From Amphiscolops sp. MND2022 (Eukaryota), in NCBI GenBank assembly GCA_964187785.1, contig OZ076409.1:84880001-84944000 (forward strand): DNA of 64,000 nucleotides, read 5' to 3'. The position numbers and the translations under genes are program-made. The notes under the pieces are model-generated. The model was not told the origin of the DNA and did no database searches. It saw nothing but the letters and a program-made list of their open reading frames with translations. How positions within the stretch are numbered: position 1 is the stretch's first letter; every line of letters starts with the position of its first letter. Positions 37,389 to 50,300 of the stretch are shown one piece after another.

Positions 37389-40300
37389 CTAGTATTTGAA
37401 GTTTTCTGAGTAGTTTGGATTGGGTTTAGGCCTGAGGTTATATTTTTCTCCGCTAGGACTCAGACTTTCATTCCTATCATCACTCATAATATCATTCCCC
37501 CTTCTTGGAGAATCTTGTGCATCGTTTTCATTGGAAGAATTGCCTGCCAAATAAGTGGCATCGCTTTTTTGTCTGCGGGACGAATCTGGCAAAGACTTTC
37601 TATGATTTTTGTGGTAAACGTCCGAATTCGGCCAATCAGTATTTTCATTCCTTTCAGCTTCAGTAGCTTTATTTCTTTTGCTGACATCATCATGTCATCT
37701 TTCAATCCGCTGTCGCAGCGCGTCGTTGACGTCTTTGAGATCGTCACTCGTTAATATGTAATCAAATTCATTGTCGTCTGCATCATTAAAGTCGGTATTT
37801 GGCGTAACCGACTGTTCGCCGTTCGGCAAGCTAGTCGGGATAGGCTCGTTGCCTCGTGTAGCCAGCTGTTCCTCGAAGTTGTTTCCCACGTTATTGTATA
37901 CAAATCATCTTGCGGAATGACAGTTTCTTCATCCTGCTGTAATCGCTCTTCTCGGGAAAATTTGCATCGTTTTCCTGTCCTTCAGACAGATCCGGCAAAT
38001 ATTATTCTTGATTTTTGCAGTGAACGGTCGAATCCGACCAATCAGAGTTTTCATTTCGAACAGCTTCGGTATTTTCATTTTTATTGCTGACGTCACTTTT
38101 CAATCTTTGTTTTGAGTTTGCGCTGCGTCGCTGTCGGCATTCGGACTCTCAGTCGCGATTATGTAATCCGTTTCATTCTCGTTTGCGTCACTTGTATTCG
38201 CTTCTGTCGTAATTGGCCGTTCGCCGTTCGGCAAGCTAGTCGGAATAAGTTCGTTGGCGCGCGTGGCTAGCTGTTCGCCGAAGTTCGTCTCCCACGTTAA
38301 GGTGTATAAGTCGTCTTGCGGAATAACATATTCTTCGTCATGCTGTAATCTTTCTTGTCGGACATTTTTCTCAAGCGGTTGATTACGAACGAACTTTTTA
38401 AGGCAAATGCGATGCAATATTTGAGTTTCATTTGTATTGAGCCAGTCGGCGGACTATGTAACTCTCATTAGGCAGTACCTTTTGGGTTAAAAATTATCCA
38501 ACTCAACGGTAATCTCTGAATGGAATTTTCGATATTTGATGATCTGCTTTTGGCTGCAGTACAAAACAATAATCACTTTCTTTGAGTGGAGCAGCTGTCG
38601 CTTTGCGATCATAGTACTCCTTGTATTTGTTATATGACTGCTTTATGTTTTGTTTTGTTTTGTCAATTGGGAGTTTTGTTCGATTTTGCAAATTCGGTTG
38701 TGGGAGTGGTCTGCTTGTTTGGATTGTTTCCAAGCTTGTGATCCAAGATATTGTATGGAACTCGTCCAAGGAATACTCTTGTTGGTTCACAACCGATATT
38801 GGCGTGGTAGCTAGTATTTTGATTCAGGACTGCTAGCGGCAAGTATTTATGCCCTTGTCGGCAGTATTCCCCACATGCCATCTTGAGATTCGTCTTTTGT
38901 GCAGCATGTCTTCGCTCCAATTTCCCGATTGTTTGCGGGTGTTTTGTTGTTGCACATTTGAGTGTAATTCCCAAAATCTGCCTAATTTCCGCAATAATCG
39001 TAGAAGTGAATGCAGTTCCTTTGTAAGTAATGAGCGTTGTTGGTAAATACGCATGTCTTGTCATTGTTTCAATGAGCACTTTTGCTACATTTATCGCTGA
39101 GGCGTCCGTAGGCAAACAGATATCGAGAGAAGACATCAATTGCAGTTAAAACATTTTCATATCCTCCAATTGGTGGAAGATTCGGCAGTAAGTCGATTTG
39201 CATAGCGTCTTCGGGTCTAGGGTCCCTTTCCGGCAAGTTAAGTATTTCAGGTGTGATCGTTGCATTGGGTATTCGTTTGTCCTTTGCGCATTTTTCGCAC
39301 CCTTCAACCCACTTTTTAACATAATTCGCCATGCTACTGTAGTAATACCTCTGCCTGTGTTCCTGTAACATCTTTGATATGCCAGGGTGCTTGTGAGCTG
39401 CCCGTAAAACGACTGAAGCAATTCCTGTAGCATGTGTTGCGGGAGAAGGATCTGATGGTATTCTATGTTCCCTGTTTCATCGAAATATTGCCAGGTCACG
39501 ATCTCTTCCTTGACTACAATTCGTTCCAAGTTGTTTGTGTAATGTCAATAGCGAGTATCTTGTTGTTTTACCTTCAATTTTTGAAGTACTGCATCTTTGG
39601 ATTGCTCAATAATTATCTGGTTGGTCTTCTATAGTCGAACTTGGATTTCGGGTTGTTGTTTGGCTAAAATTGTGGACAGTGTTTGTATTGTTACAGCAGG
39701 TTCTTCTGTGGCGGGATTTTTCCTGATCGCTTCTTTCCTCGCCCAATATTGTTCTTCTGTCTTATCATCATCGTTTGTGTAGAAGATTTGTTCTTCCTGT
39801 GATACTCCTGCCGAGTAGACATTTTTTCGATTGGGGCCGTGTGTACGTCCATACTGATTTTCATGACTAATTTGTCCTTCGGGTCAGCTTCCATACGGGA
39901 TAAATAATCCGCTGCCGTATTCTGTGCTCCTGGGATGTGCGCTATGACGAACTTAAATTGTATAACTTAGTCACACGCGTTCCACGGGGCTGAAGGTACA
40001 ATTTTCGTTTGGAAAAATCTGGCCACGGCTTCGTTGTCGGTTAGGATAATGACCGGTTTCGGCGCGCCCCAGAAAATTTGCCCCATTTTTTTAATGCGAA
40101 ATAAATCGCAAAAATTTCTTTTGCTCAGATGGACATCTTTATCTGGGCTGGGGTGAAGGTTTTTGAACCATAAGTGACCGGTGCATATGACTTGAGGATT
40201 GATGTGAATTTCTGATTTGGATAATCTTCAAATAGGACTGCATATCCAGCAGTATCAAAGCTTGCATCTGCCATTAATGCAATTTGTTTGGTTGGTTGGA

Positions 40301-42930
40301 ATTGGTTGCTGTAGGTCGAAGTCGCAACATTTGTTAAGTGCTCTGTTAGTTTCCTCAAATTGTTGAATCAATTCGTTCGATACTAGGACTTTTTCTTCAC
40401 TTTTCAGCATCTTGTAGAATGGGGCAAGGCGTTCGGACAGTCTTGGGACATACTTTCGGCAGTTGTTTAAAAATCACAAGTAACGTTGCAAAGCCTTTTT
40501 TGACTTCGGAACTTTGGTTTTTTCAAGGAAGTTCTGTACATTCTGTTTCTGGGGTTTAACGTCTTATGGGGTAATCGTTCCTCCAAGGAAATCAAATTCT
40601 GTTGCACCAAAATGAAATTTGTGCATCTTCAACTCAAGGCCTGCTTCCTGAATGCATTTGAAAGTTGCTCTCAGGTTGGCAATGATGTGGTCAGCATCGT
40701 TGGCTGCGATGCCGATATCGTCCGCGTACTGGGCACACTGATCCGCTTTGATAACTTTATCTAGATATTCCCTCATGAAAATGCGGACCCTCAAGATATC
40801 TAGCAATACCCTGGTAGATGTTCCCTCAAGCTGGAAAATGCGGACAGCGCCCGACTAAGGCCTTGTGCCAAACATCTGTAGGCAAATGTGCGGCTGGCGA
40901 AATTGAAGGCCATTATTTCAATTGATCGCTGGTCAGCCATCTGGAGGCAATGATACGCCTGCGACCAGTCTAGTTTGCAGAAAAGTTTTTTGGCTGCCAT
41001 ATGCCGTGCAGCATTGACTAGGTTACTGATAGGGTGATTGTTATTTATATAATCGTCCGAGATTAGGTTGTTGATTTTTCTCAAGTCAACCAAGGGTCGA
41101 AAATTCCCATTTGGCTTCCTTTGAGCAAATATCGGGCTAGCATACTTCGAAAATGGTAAAGTAGTAATGATTCCATTATTGTGCAATATGGCTAATTCGA
41201 CTAAAATGTCCTCCTTCAGATTTATTGGTGCTGGGAGGTTCTGGCTGTAGGCTGGGGAATCGTCCTTAGGCGTCAGTTTTACCTTGAATTCTTCGTTCAT
41301 GCCCATGTCGAATCTATGTCTCGCAAAAATGTCACGAAATGCCACTGATAAATCTTCAATTCTTTCTTTTCCATCAGTAGCAAAAGTGAAATCTTTCCAA
41401 TCAATATTTCTTCATCTTTAGTAGGTCCCGTAGTTCCCGTAATATACTTTTCTGGATTGGCGTTTGCTCATCTGGATTTCCTGGGACTTCCGGAGTTGGG
41501 AACCAATAATTTTCCAAGTTCTGAGGATTTTTAATGGTCTTGATGAGACTACTGACATAATGGGCTGCCTGCCCTTGGTCGTTTTTTAAGAGATGCCAGG
41601 TTGATGCCGGATCAACCGGTTTGACGTATTTCATTTGTTCTGGCGTCATAAAAGAGAAGCTAGCAATATGGAGTCCTTTTTTGAATTTATAGGGGTGATC
41701 CGTGAAGTTATTCACAGGTATTGATCTTTTGTCATCATTCAGAGTGACCAAAGCTGGGCAAAAGGTATTGTCGCCTTCGTGTAGAAGGTCGCTCGGTTGC
41801 AGTATCCCAGTGACAGCACTCTCAGGTTAAAGTACGGAGTTTGTCCTAATCAGAACTCTGTCACTCGGTGGAACGGTTATTTCTGTCGGATTGAGGATTG
41901 GTTCCAAGACGTTGGAGTATCGGTGGTCAGCTGTTTTTAGCCTCATAGAGAAGAACGGGAAATTGAAAATTCCTTGTCTCATGTCCAGAACTGTATGGTT
42001 TCGCTGAAGGAACACTAGTCCAATGATTGTTCCCGTCAAATTCTCCATCACAATGAAGATTTTGTGGAACTCGATGTCACCAACCTGAAATTTAGGCTCA
42101 ATTGTACTCTTGAGAGTCCCGAATTGTCCATTTGCGACCTTTATTTGGGAACTCGGAGGCGGACCTTCTCGGATAACAGATTGTGGAGAGAGGAGTTAAA
42201 TTTTCCGGAGGTCCATTTCAGGAATTGCACTGGATAATGCCCCAGTGTCTATAAGACCGTCTATGGCCAATTCCCCAAAGTCCATTGGAAAACGAAATAT
42301 GAGCTTCTTGCACTTGAGGTTGACATTGGTCGAAACCGGTATACAGTCTGGTTCACCATCTCTGGTTATAAGGACAGTTTGGAATTGTTTCTCGTCCAAC
42401 AGAGATTGTGGTATTGCATCATTGATAGTTTCGGAGTTCTCGGTTCCCAGAGGGTTGGAAACACTGGGTGGTTGGTACCATCATTCTTTTGCCAATTTTC
42501 AATCAGAGCTCTAGTTTTCTTATCGTTTGTTATTGAAGGGTTTTCGTGGACTGTTGTTTTGTAGTGCTCGATGTCATCTAGGGCGTATCGGAATTGTAAT
42601 AGACCCTGGTTGTAGATCTCAGTCTCCCAATAGGGATCTCTGCCACAGTCTGGATCGATATACCTTGGATTGTAATCGTCAATCAAGGGAATGGGCCTGA
42701 ATCGGGTAGTGAAGGTTGTTGTGTAATCAAGGTCCCAAACAGGAAAGGTTCTTGATACAAGTGAGTGTTGTTTTAAGTAATAGTGATGGCTTTTTCCATC
42801 TGTTGATGCCAGACAACAGAGGGCTAGCCCATCAATTGTTTTTCATAATCGTGGAAAACTTTTGTTGGCGGATCCGACCTGATGTACTGTCGGACTGAGA
42901 CAAGTTGGTTAAATCGAAGTCGTGGCGAAG
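37389..42930 (-). pseudogene. pol: G2 pol: protease, RT, RNase H, integrase (disrupted)
   Basis: DGLIDTGA; KLDWSQAYH; QYADDIGI; MADASF; IDLLPNLP..AIDVFSRY; GKLERRH. Ends RPKPNPNYSENFKY*. Confidence 0.95.
37545..38350. repeat. Diverged ~0.4-kb tandem duplication in the G2 integrase C-terminal tail
   Basis: NFGEQLATRANELIPTSLPNGE (ORF 38100) versus NFEEQLATRGNEPIPTSLPNGE (ORF 37695). Confidence 0.8.
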
Positions 42931-44626
42931 CTAGTTTTTTGAGTCGTCTTTCTTGGATGAAGACTGGGAATTGGACGATGTTGGGTTATAGTGAGGTTTT
43001 GGTGCTCTTGAATCAGGATCATTATCAGATGAGTCCTTGGGTCTTGTGCGCTTAGGTTTGAGATGCGCGCCGGAACCTTGCCAACATCGTTCCCCGGGTG
43101 ATTAGTCTTGCCACAGGTCCCACATTTGGGGTATGTTTTTTTCTGAGTAGTTTTGCCTTGTTGGGCATCTTTCTCTTTCTTCTTTTTCAGTTTTCTCACA
43201 GTCTTTGACCATATGGCCCTTCCTTTTCCTTGCAATAAATGCAGGTGATGGCGGGCGTTTCCTCAGTGGAGAGAGGGGTTTTAGGCTTAGAAGTTGTGGA
43301 GGTCATCGTTGCCATAGGTAGATCATCTGGCTCAAGGGCGTTAAGCTCAAGCTCTCTCTCCAAAGTAGCAACTATCTCGTCATATGAGCCATTTTCCAAT
43401 CTAACCATGTTCACTGATCTTTTGAGCTTTGGCGGTAGTTTTTCTCATAAGAGACTGTCAATCATCTTTTGGACGTTGTCTCCGAACGTTTTTTCTGCGC
43501 CTTGATTCAACTCTTCAAGGAAGTCTGGTAACTTGGGGTCGAAGACTGAATGGTGCCATTTATGTTTGGCAGTCGCTTGTGACTCAGGCTTGACGTATTC
43601 GCGTCTGAAGATGAATAGTACGTCTTCAAGAGTTTGTCTATTGGCTGTGCTATTGTTTCTGAATGTCTGTAACGCATTTTTCCTCAAAAGTCAGTGAAAG
43701 TGGTTGATTTTTATCTGCTCAGACATTTCGGGTTGCATCGTGATCATAGTGTGGAAGAGATCTTCGAACAGCACGAACTTCTCGTTTTTGCCGTCAAAGT
43801 TCATTGTATTAGAGTAGCCGGACGATTAGTGAGTTGTTGGGCTGTTGGTTGATTCTGCATACTTGTCAAAACATCAGCCAGTCTGCTATTTGTATCTGAG
43901 TTGACAGCCGGTGCGATTCTCTCTTTCGCTGGGATCGCCGTGTCAAGTAGGAAATTGAGGTCATCATGGGATTGGTTGAGATGACTTCTTGTTGGCATTC
44001 ATCCCGTGAGGAACTCAAGAACTTTGATTGGAGATTCGCTTTCTCCTGTCACCATGTCGTAAGCATTGTCCATGGGTTCGTCATTGAGACGATTTCGGAC
44101 TCGCTCGCTATTCAAGTTGTTTTTAGAATTTTCGCTACGCAGAACTTCGGGATCTTTTTCCGGTCCTTCTGCTGAAACGTTCCACCATTTCTGTGACGTG
44201 TCCTGATCCGGCCGTTAAGACATTCTGAATCTGAGGCAATACTTGACTGCTATCGGCGTCATTAATTGCCCTCTGATACTGTACACTAACACTGTTCATC
44301 ATCTCATCCATCTCTCTAGATATTCTAGAGTTTAATTCACTCGACAATCTATTAATCTCGGCGCTAGAGTTAGCACTTGCGGAATGCCGTTCCAGTTCGG
44401 CATTACCACCTAACTCAGCTTCTCTGGGATTCAAATACAAAGTTTCTTCGTAATTTCCAAACAAGTTGCTATTCACGCTCTCCGGTCTCCTTGCATGATT
44501 ACTATTTACACTTTCTTCTCTTTCAGATTCTCTACTACCTAACATTATATCTAAGTATTCCAAATCTGAGAACAAGTCAAGTCCTTCCGACTTCCTTGCT
44601 TTCTTTTGCTTTCTTGTTGTAGGCAT
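42931..44626 (-). pseudogene. gag: G2 gag, starting inside the 5' LTR
   Basis: MPTTRKQKKARKS start; YVKPESQATAKHKW; RLENGSYDEIV; knuckles CIYCKE..GH and CGTCGKTNH. Ends with AAAAAAC-TAG. Confidence 0.87.
44043..44054 (-). other. G2 primer-binding site TGGTGACAGGAG
   Basis: Directly follows the LTR-terminal CA on the minus strand. Identical to the G1 PBS. Confidence 0.85.
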
Positions 44627-45827
44627 TGAAGATTTCAGGTTGTAATACTTTGTTGGTAATCAGGTTTGCAATCAAAAAGCGTATCATTACCAATGGATAA
44701 AAATGCATTGTTTACCTCTCAGGAGGAGTCCTGGTATTTATACCTCTTGGAGGGTGACTTTCACTTTTGTTACATGCCATAACTGACATCATAATAAGCT
44801 TGAAACTTAACATAACAACTCACTACCTCCAAATTTTACATTCCTTAGTCATCAGGTGACATATTGGCCGTGGAAAACATCAGTAGCACAAATCATGGAA
44901 TGCATCCGAGTGCACTTTTTAGATACAAATATTAGCATCAAAGCTAGGCGTACTAATTCGGCCTTATACCTGTAAACAAAGAGTGTCTAGCTGAGTATTG
45001 GTTCTAGCACTTCAAAATTTTGTTTATAGAGGCAGGTATGTGAAGTATTTACGGCACTTGTCTGCGTGTGCAAGCAAATTCAACAGTCAACAGTTCTATA
45101 TTCATGCATCATCAGAACAATATGATTATGCCCGATACGACTATTTGACTAGGGCGCTGGCCAATAATAGTCGCCCGAATTGTCCAGAGGACAGGTATTT
45201 GGGTTGCCACTGGTGGTCATTATTAAATGCACCGTTTAAACTCAAGAGGCTTTTCATTTTCCCCAAAAATAAATAGAGTGATTCATGACTTCAAATAACA
45301 GAAACATTCACGCATTGAGGCATCTTCAATAACAATTAGCATAACGGCCTGAATTGGCCATTTGCCTTTTCTCCTGAAAAGTAAACGCAACGTAGCGTCA
45401 GACGGCCATATCTGGCCAATTAAATCAAAATGTGTACAGCACTGAGAAATAGAAGGATCTTATTGGCTGACGCAATGAGCTCAAGTGACGTCCCCGGTAT
45501 TGAACTCAGTTCCGTTAAGCTACATACTTGCTGTATTGCTTTCAACTCAGATATAGATTACTGCAAATTCTAGCGCATTGATCACTTTGATTCGCACTTT
45601 CGAATGTGAATATCAACAGACTAATACTAAAAGGTACACATAAAGAGTACTGTTTTACCTAAAAAAATGCTTAAAAGTACAAAAAATAGCATAGCAACAA
45701 TGTACTGGAAAATTATCTGATAAGGCTATAGTTTTGGTTCAATAAACAGGCAGATTTCTTGGTGCTAGTTCTTGTCCGAATGAGGTTGTCGCGATCTTCG
45801 TGCCGTCACAGGCGGCAGCCTGTGAAA
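44055..45827 (-). repeat. G2 5' LTR (1773 bp)
   Basis: Direct repeat of 29508-31283. Ends CTTACGACA before the PBS. Confidence 0.93.
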
Positions 45828-46247
45828 TACATAAAGGATCTTGCTATCTTGTTGTCGCTGTTTAATGTTGTGGAACTATTCGTATTGATTTTTGAGCATT
45901 GTTTTTGAGCATTGTTCAACAGACATTTTGCATCGACTTTGTCACCGTTTATGGCCGTAAATATATATTATTATTGAACTCTTTTCGAACGAAATCTAGC
46001 TTCTCTGTTAAAACTAGATTTTTACATGGTGGCCATAGAGAGGCCATAGTTGATGCAATACGTCGACTTACTTACGTGTTTCCTACATACCGATTATACA
46101 ATTCAAAAAGTGACCGAAAGCCCAACCGGTCCCCCGAAACTCAGAAGATGATGCCCTCCGCCGAAACCGAAAAGGTAACGCTGAAACGCAAATCATGACG
46201 AAAGAAGGCAACCCGTTCACCGATACCCGTTATCCGCCTGAAGCTGA

Positions 46248-46392
46248 CCCTGACACCTGGACGCTCACCCCTCAGCCCTGGATGTTTTTCCCTGACAACT
46301 GGACGCTCACCTTTTAGCTCTGGAAGTTTTTCCTTAACCCCTAGACGCTCAGCCCTCAGTCATGGAAGTTCTTCCCTGACCCCTGGAGCTTA
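46248..46392. repeat. ~42-bp minisatellite (about 3.5 copies) in the BEL 5' internal region
   Basis: CCCTGACACCTGGACGCTCACC-like units in tandem. Confidence 0.8.
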
Positions 46393-46717
46393 CCAGTGAC
46401 CCCGGGAAGGTATTGATACTGGTAAAACTCTTAAAACACTTATCGATGTTTGTATTTTTGAAAGTGTGCTTCGTTTTCGGGTAGCAAGACCTGGAAAATA
46501 ACTTTGTGAACTTTTGAAAAACGCATTGATTTCGTTCGCAAAAAAAGTTCATTAATCTCGATAAACGTGAAAACAAATGAAAATTGATACAAAAAATGAA
46601 GGGTTCTAATTTTAGCTGCTAGCTCGTTGCATCATGCAATAGAAACTGTTACCCCAGAACATCAAAACGCTCTAAAAGAAAAAATTCTTTTCACACCGGG
46701 CCTGAGTTTGAACATTA

Positions 46718-47188
46718 ATGCAAAAAAATCCTCGTAAAATCGTACAAAACCTGATTGGAAAAGACGGAAAAGAACTGATAATTTGGCACGACGTCAAAAA
46801 TAACAGCTGTGAAAAAAGCAACTTTTATTGTGCCTTATCAGTGATTGACTTAGTAAATGTTCGGAAATCCTATCAAAACAGACTTAGGGCACTTGTGTTC
46901 TGCCAACGAAATCAAACACCTGACATTTTTCTGCAATTGAAAGATACAAACATTCTTGTATCTAGTATTGAAAGAGATTTTCTTTCGTTGCGTAAACAAA
47001 AAGATCCCGATTATTTGCAAACTTTGAAGGCATTGCACCAGAGTCCTGATCTAAAATTGAAACATCTAAGTCTAGGTTTGAAGCATGAAATCGACCTCTC
47101 CCAAATTACTGCCTACAGTCGCCCCAAACGATTCTCTAAACGCGCCTGTAAGGCGTTAAACAACCAGTCACTTGCTGCTGGTAACTGA
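46718..47188 (+). CDS. Hypothetical 156-aa ORF upstream of BEL gag
   Basis: ATG-initiated open frame in AT-rich sequence; no motif recognised. Confidence 0.3.
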   Translation: MQKNPRKIVQNLIGKDGKELIIWHDVKNNSCEKSNFYCALSVIDLVNVRKSYQNRLRALVFCQRNQTPDIFLQLKDTNILVSSIERDFLSLRKQKDPDYLQTLKALHQSPDLKLKHLSLGLKHEIDLSQITAYSRPKRFSKRACKALNNQSLAAGN

Positions 47189-47386
47189 CTTCCCTCTTCC
47201 CCTCTGTGTTGTCGCCGCGTTCGGATTCCATTGTCTGGTTGACGCTGCAACCAGCGAGGGAGTTTTTTTCCTGTGTTGTGTCCGAGCTTCACTGCTCGGT
47301 TGATTCGCAGAACGAACCCTCTTCCCGTGAAACGCCTCGGTGCATCCGTCCTTTTAAATATCTGCTCGTTGTACAGACTATCGTAA

Positions 47387-50300
47387 ATGTCCTCTTTAAA
47401 AACCCAAACAAAAAAAAACAAACGAAATATGGCCGATTTACAAGAAAAAGTCCAGAAGTTGCACGAAATCCAATTGAAGGCACAAACTGAACTGAACAGC
47501 TTGCAACAGAAGATTTCTGAGTCCAATGCAGACAGACGAGGAAAAGTTGAACGGCTCGTGAAACAAGCTGACGATGCAATGACGAAAGCATTCAACAAGA
47601 ATATTTTCGCTTGCATCGAAGTCTACAAATGCCGAGACACTCAAAGCTGACTTAGAACTGTGGTTGAAAGAGGTTACTGAGCAAAGCGAAGAAATCTTGA
47701 GACAAGCTCGTGACTGGATTGATGCTTGTCCTGCAGCTGAGGAAAAGTCAATTTCTTCTGTCGCCACTGTTAACGAAAAGGCTTCAAAAAAATCTTCGAT
47801 ATCAACGAAATCGAAAACATCTAGTCAGAAACAGAAAAAAATCGTTTTAGCCATGCAACAGTGGATGCTCCGTGAAAATGCGCTCCGTTTAGCCAAGCAG
47901 AGACACGAGTTCTCATTGAAATGCTTAGAAGAGGAACAGGCCCTCCAGCTAGAACAAAAGGCAGAAGAAAACCGACGAAAACTTGCGGAAGCAAGAAATA
48001 CCGAACTGGAGTTGACTGATAACCTTTCTGAAACGACTGACAAATTCCACGAAACACTTTCTCGTTTTAGCAAACACAGTAGACAAACCGCAACACAGAA
48101 AGTGTCCGATTGGGACAAAGAAGTCAATACCGAACCTCCTCATACCGTAACTACTGACTCCAACAGAACAGGCGAGTCTTCGAACCCGCCGATAGCTACA
48201 ACAACAACAATAGAAGTAGTTCAAAGCGGCCTTCCTAACTAACTCGCAGCGCTCACATCCAGGCAGAACAATTCGCCGATCGCACAGCAGCCCAACGTCG
48301 TCGCTGTCATTTTTCACATGCCGGACACGGCAAAAAGCTCTCCTCCCTCACTTGCAGCAGTTAATCAATTACCTTTACTGCATATGCCGGCTTCAGTCGT
48401 CCCTACCACACTGATCTATGCGCCCCTACAGCTCAGACCCAATCCGTGTCTCCGCGAACGCAGCTTTCCGTAAACCAAGTTACGATGCAACCTCAGATTA
48501 TCATAATAACCAGTCACGCCGTCTCCAACCTTTCTGCCTGGACTTTCCCGGCTGGAAACAGCTATCCAGTAACAAAATTTACTGCTCTGCGAGTGGTTGG
48601 AGGACAATTCATTTCTTCAGTCACAGCCGCCGCGCAAATCAGTTCCTTCAGCGTCCGGACCGATAATACAACCAGCAACAACACTGATACCTGCTCCTAC
48701 TTTCCCGAACTTTCGACATCCGACCGTTCCACCAGCGACGCCAACGACAATAACTGTGAACGATCTTGTTCAACTTTTGTCGGCTGCGAAAAAGACAATC
48801 TTCCTGAGTGGAAACTGGCGCAGTACAGTGGAGATCCACTGCAACGGCATGAGTGAATAGGCCAGTTTAGGAGTGCCATTGACTCCGCACCACTTTCGAA
48901 TCGAATGATTTGAAGCTGACGTATTTGAAAACACTCGTGAGCGGGAAAGCGAAGACTGCAACTGCGGAATTTGCATACTGTTGGACTATGTCCCAAGATT
49001 CACTGCAGGCGCTCGAGCGTAAATTTGGTCAACCGCAGGCAGTTGGGTCTGCTCATCTGGACCAACTGAATAGCTTTCCACCATTGGAAATGTATAATAA
49101 CGACAGTGTGATTGCATTTTCTGCCACAATTTCCGCTATGGTTGGCGTCTTCCGCTCGCTAAAAAACGAACACGACGAGTCAAGTGCAGCCCTTTTGTGT
49201 CAAGCTGTGCAAAAACTTCCTCCTAACATGAAGTAAGCTTGGTCTCTGCATACTGTGAAAAAAGATTGGACCCGACCGACCCTTTTGAATTTCAACGACT
49301 CGATGAAAGATAAAGCCGAAGCACATGAGAGAATGAAAGTATCTTCGGCGAAACCGAAAGCTGACGAAAGTGCTTCTACTGTTACACGCACCAAGACTGG
49401 AGCGAAAGTATTCACCGCCGCTAGTTCTAGCGCACCTTCAACTGGAACTGCAACCAAGGCAAGCAGAGTGCAATTAGCTTGCATTTCTTGCTAAGAAAGT
49501 CGTCATACATTATGGCAATGTCGTGTGTTTCATAGTAAAACACCTAGAGAAAGAGCGGAAAGTAGTTGCCGAATACAAACTTTGCTTCTCGTGTTTGAAA
49601 GGACACCATTCTTTTCGTCAATGTCCGCAACCACGCAAGTGCAATGAAGATGATTGCTCCAGTTCTCAAAATACAATACTCGGTTATATGGTGCTGAGCG
49701 AGTGTTCCAACCACGAACTACTCCGAAAACGTCTCGTAACCAAGTAACTAGTTCTTGTAACTCCATAACACCAAACAGTCAAACTCGTGAAAGTTCCGGC
49801 GTGTGTTCGGTAACCGACATGATTGGACTTCTCCAAATCACGGAAGTCGAGGTACACACCGGAACCAATTCCACAAAGGTGTTAGCTTTGTGTGACTCTG
49901 CTTGCAGTCATTCGTGGATTTCCAAAAATTGCAACAAAGCTCAACCTGAAGGGTTTACCAACCAAGTTAACAGTCCATGGGATAAACTCACAACAGGTCG
50001 TTGACACAGAGATAGTTAAGCTCAAGTTGACGCCCGTTCATTCGGGTGGCTCTTGCTCTAATTTCGATGTCAAGCCCCATGTGAGAAAGATTTTGCACGT
50101 TGCAAATGATGTCATTGATGTGGACTATATGAAAACACTCTACCCTTCACTTGGAGCCTATTGCCCTAAAGACGTACAGTTTCGGAGATGTCGAAATTAT
50201 ACTGGGTCAAGACATGTTCCATTCAATCCGCTTGTTGGAGTATTTTGAATCCGACCAAAAAAATTCTCCAATCGCCGTTCGAATACCGTTGGGTTGGGTT

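Larger units (their letters stand above)
29508..45827 (-). mobile_element. Giant Gypsy/Ty3 LTR retrotransposon G2, 16.3 kb, both LTRs present
   Basis: ~1.77-kb direct repeats; TSD TGCAT/TACAT (29503-29507, 45828-45832); the empty site is visible in the BEL 3' LTR (~53923). PBS, gag, pol and accessory genes present. Confidence 0.95.
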
